Below are positions 21,240 to 30,345 of a stretch of 64,000 bases of DNA, piece by piece. The DNA lies in the NCBI GenBank assembly GCA_041649155.1, contig JBAZNP010000001.1, positions 558,869 to 622,868 of the forward strand. Direction: 5' to 3'. Position numbers and translations under genes: made by a program. This DNA comes from Patescibacteria group bacterium. Lineage in GTDB: Bacteria; Patescibacteriota; UBA1384; XYA2-FULL-43-10; 1-14-0-10-43-13. How positions within the stretch are numbered: position 1 is the stretch's first letter; every line of letters begins with the position of its first letter. The notes under the pieces were generated by a model that saw nothing but the letters and a program-made list of their open reading frames with translations, made no database searches and was not told the DNA's origin.

Positions 21240-21656
21240 ATGGAAAAAAATGATGGTCTAGCTTATACATTTATGGTGGCGGGAGTTGTGTTGCATCAGG
21301 ATGGTAAATACTTGCTTGTTCAGGAAAAAAAGCCTGTATGTTATGGCAAATGGAATTTGCCAGCCGGTAAAGTTGATAAAGGTTATTCAATTGAAGAGAC
21401 AGTGATCAAAGAGGCTAAAGAAGAATCTGGTTTTGATGTTGAGCTCATAAGAAAAATTGGTGTTTATCAGGATAAAGTTGATGAGCCTGTTAAGCATGCT
21501 TTTGAAGCAAAAATTATTGGTGGAGAACTTTCTGTGCCGGAAAATGAAATTTTAGATGCGAAATGGTTTTCTTTTCAAGAAATATTAAATATGAAAAATG
21601 AGCTGAGGGTTGATTGCGTGTGGCAGGCAATTGAAAAAGCAGAGGAATTAAGATAA
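21240..21656 (+). CDS. NUDIX hydrolase
   Basis: WNLPAGKVDKGYSIEETVIKEAKEESG Nudix box. Confidence 0.92.
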   Translation: MEKNDGLAYTFMVAGVVLHQDGKYLLVQEKKPVCYGKWNLPAGKVDKGYSIEETVIKEAKEESGFDVELIRKIGVYQDKVDEPVKHAFEAKIIGGELSVPENEILDAKWFSFQEILNMKNELRVDCVWQAIEKAEELR

Positions 21657-21751
21657 TTTTTAAATTTGTTTGGACTATCACTGTGATTTGGGGTCTTGAT
21701 TATTGTTCGGTTTGAACTTTTCACATTGACACTGTATTGTTCATTATCAAT

Positions 21752-22759
21752 ATGGAAAAATCTTTTCAAAAAACATCAAATTATAAAAACTGTCAAAATC
21801 TTTTAGATGAATATAGGATTAAAAAAATAAAGCACAGGGGTAAGCTTTTGTCTTTTGATATGGAAATGGGAAAGACTAATTTAGACGTTATTGAAAAAGA
21901 TATTACTGTCTATAATCCGACTAAACCACTTACCAACCATGGAACTAGATATCTACTTGCCAGAGTTGAGCCAAAAAATTCCGAAAAATCAAAAGTTGTA
22001 TTTTTTGAGAGAAAAAATAGAAAATGGCAAGTTTCAGATTATCCAACCTTTGATTTGCAGGATCCTTTCTATATCCAAAATATTCAGGGCTGGCAGATTT
22101 TGGGCGGAGTTAAAATTTATGAACAAGATTCCAAAATATTTGATTACCAAACTGTTTTTTATCGATACAAAAAATGTGCGACAGAACTGATTGATAAAAA
22201 AGGTGTGCTTCTTAAGCCTTTCGCTGTTGGTCCCAGAAAAATGAAAGACATCAGATTAATTGAACTAAAAAACGGAAAAGTCGGTGTATTTACACGTCCT
22301 CAGGGTGGTAAGGCTGGTTTGGGTAAAATTGCTTATGTTGAAATTAATTCTCTTGATGAGTTGGAAAAAGGAATACCGAAAGCTAAAATCATTGAAAACC
22401 AATTTGGCGATAATGAATGGGGTGGAGTTAATGAATTACATTTATTGAATAATGGAAAAATTGGAGTTTTGGGACATATTGCCTGTTATGAGGGCGAGGT
22501 CAAACATTATTATGCGATAACTTTTGTTTTTGATCCGCAAAATCAGACTGCTTCAGATATAGAAATTATCGTTACAGCTGATCAATTCCCTAAAGTTAAA
22601 TCAAAAAAACCAGATCTTGGAAAAATTATTTTTAGCGGTGGATTGGAAAGGCAAAACGACGGAACGGCCGATCTTTATGTTGGGATTGGCGACACAAAAG
22701 CAGGGCAGATCGAAATAACTGATCCGTTCTTAAAATATGAGTACGCTTTAACTAACTAA
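21752..22759 (+). CDS. DUF1861-family beta-propeller protein (beta-1,2-mannosyltransferase/phosphorylase-like)
   Basis: LQDPF, MKDIRL, FTRPQG, EWGGVNE, LGHIA, HYY, FSGG. Confidence 0.8.
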   Translation: MEKSFQKTSNYKNCQNLLDEYRIKKIKHRGKLLSFDMEMGKTNLDVIEKDITVYNPTKPLTNHGTRYLLARVEPKNSEKSKVVFFERKNRKWQVSDYPTFDLQDPFYIQNIQGWQILGGVKIYEQDSKIFDYQTVFYRYKKCATELIDKKGVLLKPFAVGPRKMKDIRLIELKNGKVGVFTRPQGGKAGLGKIAYVEINSLDELEKGIPKAKIIENQFGDNEWGGVNELHLLNNGKIGVLGHIACYEGEVKHYYAITFVFDPQNQTASDIEIIVTADQFPKVKSKKPDLGKIIFSGGLERQNDGTADLYVGIGDTKAGQIEITDPFLKYEYALTN

Positions 22760-24265
22760 AATATTTCCTTTCATATCACTTGGAGCTGATAGATCCATGA
22801 GGTTTAATATCGTTGGCGCGATATCAATAAGTTTGCCATTTTTTTGTTTTAGCTTTAATTTTTTGTTGCTGACAGCTAAAAAAGGTACGGGATTATTTGT
22901 ATGTTCAGTATCAGAAAGACCATTTATTGGGTTTATCATCTGTTCAGCATTGCCATGATCGGCGGTGATCAGGGCGATGCCGTCATAGCTTAAAATCTTT
23001 TTTATCATTTGTTTCAAACACGTATCAACTGCTTCTACTGCTTTAATTGCGGCTTCCAGATTTCCGGTGTGACCGACCATATCGGAATTAGCATAATTAA
23101 TTACAGAGAAATCAAATTTTTCTATTTCGGAAATAGTTTTTTTTGTAATCTCCGAGGCTGACATTTCCGGCTTCTTGGCATAATTATCAATCTTGATTGA
23201 TGGAATTATTATTCTTTTTTCCTGTTCGGTTTGTTTTTCGTTTCCTCCGTTAAAAAAGTATGTTACGTGAGCATATTTTTCTGTTTCCGCGATATGAAGA
23301 TGTTTTAATTTCTTTTCAGAAAGCGCAGAAGCTAAATATGAATTTATTTTCATACTTTCGAAGGCGATTTTTACTGGTAAATTTTCCTGATAGGATCCAA
23401 AAGTTATAAAATCTAAATTCTTTACAATCTTTTTTCTTTCAAATCCATCAAAATCTTTCTGAACCATTGCATTTGTTAATTGCCTTGCTCTATCACTTCG
23501 ATAATTATAAAAAACAACACAATCATTTTCGGAGATACAGGGTGTGCCGGAAATTTTTATAGGCAGTAAAAATTCGTCTGTGATGCCGTTTGCGTATGAA
23601 TCTAAAATTGCTTTGGAAGCCGATGATGAAGTAGAAACATTGCCGGAAACTATTACATCGTAAGCCTTTTCAATTCTGTCCCAGTTTTTATCCCTATCCA
23701 TAGCATAAAATCTTCCCGATACACTGGCGATTTCCCCGATCTTTAATTCAGAAATTTTATCTTCAATTTGTTTCAGGAATTTTATACTACCGGTATTTGC
23801 AGTGTCTCTGCCATCAGAAATCAGATGAATAAAAACGTTTTTGACCTCTGTTTTTTTAGCCAATTCAAGCAAAGCAAATAAGTGGGAAATGTGGGAATGA
23901 ATACCACCATCACTAGTCAAACCAATAAGATGGATGTTCCTACTATTTTTTTTTGCAGTTTCAAAAGATTTTTTCAGTATTTGATTGGAAAAAAATGAAC
24001 CGTTACTAATTGATTCATTTATTGCAGTGAGTCCTTGACTAACAGGTTGGCCTGATCCTAAATTTAGGTGCCCTACTTCGGAGTTTCCAGGTTCACCAAA
24101 AGGCAGCCCTACTTCTGTGCCGGAGGCGATGAGTTGTGTTGACGGATACTTTTCGTATAATTCGGCCATTGTCGGAGTATCGGCTAAAGCGACTGCGTTT
24201 CCGCCCCATGTTTCGGCTAAACCCCATCCGTCTAAAATAATTAGTGCAACTTTATTTTTTTGTAT
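22748..24265 (-). CDS. gpmI: 2,3-bisphosphoglycerate-independent phosphoglycerate mutase
   Basis: GNSEVGH, DGRD, GRFYAMDRD, AETEKYAH, DMVGH, TADHGN; the frame extends upstream through IILDGWG to an ATA codon. Confidence 0.95.
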   Translation of the reverse strand: MQKNKVALIILDGWGLAETWGGNAVALADTPTMAELYEKYPSTQLIASGTEVGLPFGEPGNSEVGHLNLGSGQPVSQGLTAINESISNGSFFSNQILKKSFETAKKNSRNIHLIGLTSDGGIHSHISHLFALLELAKKTEVKNVFIHLISDGRDTANTGSIKFLKQIEDKISELKIGEIASVSGRFYAMDRDKNWDRIEKAYDVIVSGNVSTSSSASKAILDSYANGITDEFLLPIKISGTPCISENDCVVFYNYRSDRARQLTNAMVQKDFDGFERKKIVKNLDFITFGSYQENLPVKIAFESMKINSYLASALSEKKLKHLHIAETEKYAHVTYFFNGGNEKQTEQEKRIIIPSIKIDNYAKKPEMSASEITKKTISEIEKFDFSVINYANSDMVGHTGNLEAAIKAVEAVDTCLKQMIKKILSYDGIALITADHGNAEQMINPINGLSDTEHTNNPVPFLAVSNKKLKLKQKNGKLIDIAPTILNLMDLSAPSDMKGNILVS

Positions 24266-24436
24266 ATACCCTCCCTTTTAATTTATATAATAATGAAATT
24301 GTCACATGTTTGCAATAAATTGTTTGTTGCCAGCTTCATCCCTTATAACGATAATCAAAAGTTTGGTTCGCAAAACTTTTGACAATAATAAGTGACGGTT
24401 GTACACTAAACAAGAGATACTAAAATTGGAGGGAAT

Positions 24437-26038
24437 ATGGAAAAAAATAAAGTTAGTAAGCTTTTACTTTGGCTGCTTGTTTTTGTGCTGGTTTTAGCAG
24501 GTGCTCTCTTGGCTGTGATCAAATTTAATCTACTAGGTTTTAATTCATCGACAAAAACCGTTAAAGATGAAAAGGTTGCGCTAGACAATATCAGCATAGG
24601 AACAATAAAGGCACCGAAGAATATTTATCCCATGTGTGCTAACGAAGGCTCTGAAATTGCTTTTAATAGTGCTATCTTTGAGACGTTAGCAACTTTCAAT
24701 CGGGACAATATTATTGTTCCGGTGCTTGCCACTAAATGGGATAATCCTGACAATAAGACTTGGAGATTCTATCTTTCATCTGAAGCTAAATTTAGTAATG
24801 GAGATCCAGTAACAGCAGATGATGTTAAATTCACTTTTGATACAATAAGAGCTGATGAGACATCTCAAATGAGCACTGTTCTTCCTACTGCAGAGGTTAA
24901 AGTTATTGATAGCGGTACAGTAGAATTCATAACTCAAAATCCAGATCCTGTGCTTTTAAATAAACTGGCCGGATCTTTCTTTGTTATGTCAAAAAAAGAC
25001 ATAGAAGAGAATGGATTTAATAACAAAAATATCGGTAGCGGGCCATATATTGTTTCGGAGTTTGCGGATGGATATACAAAAATGACTGTTAACGATAGCT
25101 ATTGGGGTGATAAGCCAAAAGTTAAGAATGTGACTTATAAGTCGATTGAATCAGGCAAGGAAGTTGATGCCTTAATTAACGGCGACATAGATCTTATTTT
25201 TTATCTTACTCCCGAGAATAAAGCTGATATTAGACTGACAGAAGCAATACAAAATAACAAAGTTTATTTAGCTGAAACAACTTCCGATAATGTTAATTAT
25301 TTTGATATTGATTCTTTGAGAGATAAAACGCCTTATATTAATTTAGATTCTAATCCGCTTAAAGACAAAAGAGTTAGAGAGGCGATAACTTTGTCGCTAG
25401 ATATGGACGATTTTATCACAGACGTTCCTGATACTGTTATTGCAAATCAAATGGTTACTCGAGGTGTATTTGGATATAATCCAAGCATTACCAAAACTCA
25501 TCGCGATGTAACAAAAGCTAAGGAACTCATGAAGGAAGCGGGCTATGAAAATGGTTTTACGCTAACTGTTGACATAATTGAATCTTCAACAGCCGTTGAT
25601 CTAATTAATAGATTTTCAAGTTATCTTACCGGTATAAATGTAAAATTAGTGCCGAACAGTCTCTCCCAAGATGATTTTTTTGGAAAAGTTGTTAGTAAGG
25701 ATACCTCGGCATTTTTTGTGGGATTTTCCACAACATCTAAAGATGCCAGCGAAGTTCTAGAGGGCATGATTCACACTCCCAGTGATGTCTATGGCCAGTA
25801 TAATTTAGGATATAGCAATGCCACTTTAGACAAAATGATTGAGGAAGCCTCTATCACATTAAATCAACAAACCAGACAACAGGAATTGCAAGAAGCAATG
25901 AAAATAGCAATGGAGGATTACGCTAAAATACCTCTTTTCTCATATAGTTTTGAGTCTGCCGTTTCGTCAAAAATTTATTGGCAACCTAGGGTGGATGCGC
26001 TTTTAATTGCTACCGAACTAGCTGGGAAAGTGCAATAA
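24437..26038 (+). CDS. Family 5 (peptide/nickel) solute-binding protein with N-terminal membrane anchor
   Basis: PVLATKW, KFSNGDPVTADDVKFT, GSGPY, DKRVREA, AKELMKEAGY. Confidence 0.92.
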   Translation: MEKNKVSKLLLWLLVFVLVLAGALLAVIKFNLLGFNSSTKTVKDEKVALDNISIGTIKAPKNIYPMCANEGSEIAFNSAIFETLATFNRDNIIVPVLATKWDNPDNKTWRFYLSSEAKFSNGDPVTADDVKFTFDTIRADETSQMSTVLPTAEVKVIDSGTVEFITQNPDPVLLNKLAGSFFVMSKKDIEENGFNNKNIGSGPYIVSEFADGYTKMTVNDSYWGDKPKVKNVTYKSIESGKEVDALINGDIDLIFYLTPENKADIRLTEAIQNNKVYLAETTSDNVNYFDIDSLRDKTPYINLDSNPLKDKRVREAITLSLDMDDFITDVPDTVIANQMVTRGVFGYNPSITKTHRDVTKAKELMKEAGYENGFTLTVDIIESSTAVDLINRFSSYLTGINVKLVPNSLSQDDFFGKVVSKDTSAFFVGFSTTSKDASEVLEGMIHTPSDVYGQYNLGYSNATLDKMIEEASITLNQQTRQQELQEAMKIAMEDYAKIPLFSYSFESAVSSKIYWQPRVDALLIATELAGKVQ

Positions 26039-26083
26039 CAAATTTGGCTCGGACCTAATGTTCATGCTAAATATTAAAATAAA

Positions 26084-26971
26084 GTGTTCAAATTAAATAG
26101 TCTGAAAAAGAAGTTTATCCTTTTGATTACTGCTATTATGCTGGTTATTTTTTCTGTGTCCGGCTATATAGTGTGCCAGGACAGCATAAAAAAAACCAGA
26201 AGGAACTTAACCCAGCAGGCAACTGCCTTCGCTAAACTATCAACAAAGCCTCTGGCTGAGGCCTATGAATTATACTTTGATTCTGGATATTATAAATTCA
26301 GGGAAATTTTTAGGGAAAACAAGGACCTGGATTCAAGCATTAAAAAAATTCAAATTATTAATGTTAATGGAAAAGTTATACTTGATTCAGGCAAGATAGG
26401 TGATAGCAGCTATTTGGGCGGAGATACTGAAACAGTAGATAAATCAACATTAGACAAAGTTACAAGTGCAGATCCGACTTATGAGCATAATCAGAATAAT
26501 GCATCCGAATTAACCGAAATTTTTTATCCATATTTTTCAGATTGGGGTAGTCATCCTTATACTGTAAGATATTTTGTTTCATATGATCAGATTAGATCGA
26601 ATATAATAACAATTATTGAGCAAACCGTTCTTTTGTTTATAGTTTCTTTCTTTATTGTTGTTTTCGCCATTACCAGTTCTGTTAATCGTTTTATTTTGTC
26701 TCCAATTAAAAAGGTTAGTGAGTTGGCGCAGAGGATCAGTCGGGGAAAATACGGAGAGAGAATAAAAATAAAGACAAATGACGAGATAGAAGATTTGGCC
26801 GGTTCTACTAACAAAATGGCTAGAAAATTGGAACAGGATATTATAGATTTAAGGGAATTAGATAAATTAAAAGATGAATTTATCGATGTGGCCGCTCATA
26901 ATTTTAAGGCTCCCTTAAATCATTTGAAATTTGATATAGCCTATCTTATCCAGCATGTTGAAAAAAAGTGA
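26084..26971 (+). CDS. Sensor histidine kinase, N-terminal part (two TM helices, HAMP, H-box)
   Basis: DEIEDLA..NKM HAMP; KDEFIDVAAHNFKAPL H-box; ends GAA AAA AAG TGA. Confidence 0.85.
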   Translation: MFKLNSLKKKFILLITAIMLVIFSVSGYIVCQDSIKKTRRNLTQQATAFAKLSTKPLAEAYELYFDSGYYKFREIFRENKDLDSSIKKIQIINVNGKVILDSGKIGDSSYLGGDTETVDKSTLDKVTSADPTYEHNQNNASELTEIFYPYFSDWGSHPYTVRYFVSYDQIRSNIITIIEQTVLLFIVSFFIVVFAITSSVNRFILSPIKKVSELAQRISRGKYGERIKIKTNDEIEDLAGSTNKMARKLEQDIIDLRELDKLKDEFIDVAAHNFKAPLNHLKFDIAYLIQHVEKK

Positions 26972-27546
26972 GCGAAAAAGAGTTTGAACTATTGCAGGAC
27001 ATAAATATTAGCGGAAAAAAACTGCAGCTTTTAAGTGAAGATCTTATCGGCATACAAGCTCTCCAGAACAAAGAGACCGGCAATGTTTTTGTCCCTGTGG
27101 ATTTATCGCAACTGTTAGCAGATGCATTAAATGAATTAAAACACTCTGCTGATGTTAAAAATGTTAAATTTAAGTTTCAGCTAGACAGGAAGATGATTGT
27201 TCTTGGAGAGTATCAAAAACTTAAGCAATTATTTTTAAATTTGATAGACAATGCTATACAATATTCAGATAAAAAGGAGAGCACGGTCTCAGTGCGGATT
27301 AAGGAAAGCGACAATTCCTACATTGTCGAAATTGAAGATCAGGGAGTCGGAATGTTGCCTGAAGAAATTAAAAAGTTATTTCAAAAATTTTACCGTGCTC
27401 CCAGCTCCGAGATTTATAATAAAGAAGGTGCTGGTCTTGGACTCTATCTGGCAAAGCTGATTGTAAATGTTCATCATGGAAATATTTGGGTCGAGAGTGA
27501 AAAGGATAAGGGTAGTTGTTTTCACGTGTCTTTTCTTAAAAAATGA
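26968..27546 (+). CDS. Sensor histidine kinase, C-terminal part (second DHp helix plus HATPase), in the -1 frame
   Basis: NLIDNAIQY, DQGVG, LFQKFYR, GAGLGL, HHG, GSCF. Confidence 0.85.
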   Translation: MSEKEFELLQDINISGKKLQLLSEDLIGIQALQNKETGNVFVPVDLSQLLADALNELKHSADVKNVKFKFQLDRKMIVLGEYQKLKQLFLNLIDNAIQYSDKKESTVSVRIKESDNSYIVEIEDQGVGMLPEEIKKLFQKFYRAPSSEIYNKEGAGLGLYLAKLIVNVHHGNIWVESEKDKGSCFHVSFLKK

Positions 27547-27593
27547 TTATGTTTAACAAAAAAGTTCACTTAATTTATTAAGTGAACTTTTTA

Positions 27594-27670
27594 TGGTGGG
27601 CGTACATGGACTCGAACCATGGACCTCGTCATTATCAGTGACGCGCTCTAACCAGCTGAGCTATACGCCC
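27594..27670 (-). tRNA. tRNA-Ile(GAT)
   Basis: GGGCGTATAGCTCAGCTGGTTAGAGC...CTGATAA...GGTTCGAGTCC...CCCACCA. Confidence 0.97.
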
Positions 27671-27760
27671 AATTCTTTATTGATAATATCAAATTTTGAT
27701 CTATTTTTCAATAATGCAAATTATTTTAGCTTTTTTAAAAAATTGTGTTAATATATTCTT

Positions 27761-28699
27761 ATGGAAAACGAGAAAAAAATAAGAGTCGGTATAATATACG
27801 GAGGGGCATCTTTTGAACATGAAGTTTCAAGGATGACCGCCAAATCAATTCTTATAAATATTGATAAAAATATTTTTGATATTACCGAGATTTACATAGA
27901 TAAAAATGGCAATCTGGACGAAAGTTTACTCAAAGATATTGACATAGCATTCTTGGCTGTTCATGGACCAAACTGTGAGGATGGAAAATTGCAGAAATAT
28001 CTTGAAGACAAGGGAGTAAAATATACTGGTTCCGGCGTAGAGGCGAGCGATCTTAATATGGATAAAATCAGGATGCACGACGCATTCAAAGTAGCTGGAC
28101 TAAGAGTAGTTGAGTATTTTAGTGCTGATAAAAACTCAAATGTTTCGCAGATTGGCGATAGTGTCAGTAACTCCTTCGGTTATCCATGCTTTGTCAAAGC
28201 AAATAATGCTGGCTCTTCTGTCGGCGTTTCAAAAGTAGATAATGTCGCTGGCTTGGAAGAAGCATTGGAAGAAGCATTTAAATGTGATGATGAAGTAATC
28301 ATTGAAGCTGCGATACAAAATCCCAGAGAAATTGAAATAGCAGTGCTTGGCAATAGTGATTTGCTATTGTCTGATCCAGGAGAAGTCGATTCAAGCGGAG
28401 AATTTTATTCATACGATGCTAAATATTTCCACCCGTTTGAAACAAAAGTAAGGGCTGTGTTAACAGGTAAACAAGTCGAAGAAATCAAGACTATGGCTAA
28501 AAAGGCATATGAAACAACCGGCTGTCGTGGGTATTCAAGAATTGATTTTCTAATGGATCGGGATAATAACATTTATATAAACGAAATAAATACTCTACCA
28601 GGGTTTACTAAAATCAGTATGTTCCCTAGGATGATGGAAACATCTGGCATTTCATATAAAAATCTTATAACCAAAATAATTCATTTAGCTTTAGAATAG
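27761..28699 (+). CDS. ddl: D-alanine--D-alanine ligase
   Basis: GGASFEHEVS, HGPNCEDG, GSSVG, YDAKY, RIDF, NEINTLPG. Confidence 0.96.
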   Translation: MENEKKIRVGIIYGGASFEHEVSRMTAKSILINIDKNIFDITEIYIDKNGNLDESLLKDIDIAFLAVHGPNCEDGKLQKYLEDKGVKYTGSGVEASDLNMDKIRMHDAFKVAGLRVVEYFSADKNSNVSQIGDSVSNSFGYPCFVKANNAGSSVGVSKVDNVAGLEEALEEAFKCDDEVIIEAAIQNPREIEIAVLGNSDLLLSDPGEVDSSGEFYSYDAKYFHPFETKVRAVLTGKQVEEIKTMAKKAYETTGCRGYSRIDFLMDRDNNIYINEINTLPGFTKISMFPRMMETSGISYKNLITKIIHLALE

Positions 28700-28901
28700 T
28701 TTGGCTATTTTTTAATTTTAAAAAAATATCTAAAATAAACCGTCTTATTTTGCATAATACTCTATGCTTAATTTTAACTTTGCTTAATATGGCCTTAATG
28801 TGTTGATGCTACAATACAAACTATGTTACCATGCGTTGAGTCTCAGCGACGCTCGTTCGTAGTTGCGGCTGGACAGAAGTAACATAGGAGGTGAAGCACG
28901 A

Positions 28902-29402
28902 ATGCTTGTGCTTACAAGAGGGATGGGTCAGACTATCGTTATCAACGATAATATCGAAGTGACGGTTATTGAAATTAGGAGCGAACAAGTACATCTGAGC
29001 ATAGAAGCTCCTTGCTCAATTCCCATATATCGCAAGGAACCGCTCGATCAGATTGAAACGGAAAATTCGGACGATCCTGATGCCATGATAGTGCCTGAAA
29101 AGCAAACATCCATGTTCATAATGGGAGTGGGTCAGGCTATTGTCATTGGCGATAATATCAAAATAATGGTTGTCGAAATCAATGGTGGGCAGGTACGTTT
29201 GGGCACAGAAGCTCATAGGTCAATTCTCGTGTATCGCAAAGAACTGCTTGAGCAGATAAATGCGCATGCATCGGCCAGACCTGATGTCGCAACGGTAGCT
29301 AAAGTAAAAACGCCTGTGCTTGCAAAGGTGCATCTGGGCAGGTTGGTTTCCGTACGTTGCAAAGAACTGCTTGTGCGATTAATACGGAAACTGCATCTTT
29401 AG
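28902..29402 (+). CDS. Tandem two-domain CsrA-like protein
   Basis: MLVLTR..GQTIVINDNIEVTV..IEAP..IYRKE followed by GQAIVIGDNIKIMV..QVRLG..VYRKE; GGAGGTGA RBS. Confidence 0.85.
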   Translation: MLVLTRGMGQTIVINDNIEVTVIEIRSEQVHLSIEAPCSIPIYRKEPLDQIETENSDDPDAMIVPEKQTSMFIMGVGQAIVIGDNIKIMVVEINGGQVRLGTEAHRSILVYRKELLEQINAHASARPDVATVAKVKTPVLAKVHLGRLVSVRCKELLVRLIRKLHL

Positions 29403-29531
29403 AGTCTGATTCCAATGTTAAGAGCAACATCTGAAGCGATTAATGGTTTGCACGGTCGCTTAATCGGTTCTAGTCGAAGGCCGGGAGCTTGTCTCTCGGC
29501 CTATTCTTTTTATATAATAGATATATTAAAT

Positions 29532-29978
29532 ATGATGACAGCAACTCACATAATTGCAGCAGGGTATGTCGGAGAACGGATTGGAAATCCGTTTATAGCT
29601 TTTTTAGTTGGTATAGTTATTCACTTCATACTTGATTCTATCCCGCATTACGATACTACGGACGGCGGTAAATTGACTAAACGGCAATTAACCCTAACTT
29701 TTGTCGATCTGACTATTGGTATATTGATTATCAAATTCTTACTGAAAGCTGACCTAAGTTTTGGAAGTTCGTTTTTGTGGGGAGCGGTTGGCGGGATATT
29801 CCCCGATATTTTGGACGTCATACCGTTTTGGCAGAAAGCTTTTCGAAGCACTAAATTTGGAAAAAGGTTTCATAAATTTCATGATGACATTCAGCGAATT
29901 AGTTTGCCTCCAATTTCAGGGCTTTTAATACAGGCTATTATAATCATCATTTTTTCGTATTTGTATTTAACAAGATAA
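29532..29978 (+). CDS. Membrane protein, putative metal-dependent hydrolase-like
   Basis: TH..., HFILDSIPH, PD and FH motifs among hydrophobic helices. Confidence 0.65.
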   Translation: MMTATHIIAAGYVGERIGNPFIAFLVGIVIHFILDSIPHYDTTDGGKLTKRQLTLTFVDLTIGILIIKFLLKADLSFGSSFLWGAVGGIFPDILDVIPFWQKAFRSTKFGKRFHKFHDDIQRISLPPISGLLIQAIIIIIFSYLYLTR

Positions 29979-30110
29979 ATATTGGAAAACAATCTACATT
30001 AAAATAATCGCCAGACTGGTGATTATTTTAAGTGTATTTACTTTTTTCTATAACATGTTATAATTTTATCCATTAACTATCCTGAAGAGATGGTTGGGAG
30101 GGGAGAACGA

Positions 30111-30293
30111 ATGGATTCGTTTTTGATTTTTTTATTCGTAGCTTCAATCTTTGTGCCTTTACAGTGGCCACCTTTATTTCTGGTTTCCTTATGGGAGATG
30201 AGGGTCAGAGATAGCGAGCTGGCGTATCCGGATGGACCGCCCACACATAACTATGCTGGTCGCCTATTGCCGACTGGTCATGATCTTGATTGA
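30111..30293 (+). CDS. Small hypothetical membrane protein
   Basis: Purine-rich RBS, hydrophobic N-terminus, downstream hairpin. Confidence 0.4.
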   Translation: MDSFLIFLFVASIFVPLQWPPLFLVSLWEMRVRDSELAYPDGPPTHNYAGRLLPTGHDLD

Positions 30294-30308
30294 TGCAATA
30301 TAAAGTTC

Positions 30309-30345
30309 TGGACAACCCCGTTTTACAGGGGTTGTCCATTTTTTT
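30309..30345. terminator. Terminator between convergent genes
   Basis: TGGACAACCCC..GGGGTTGTCCA plus T run. Confidence 0.65.
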
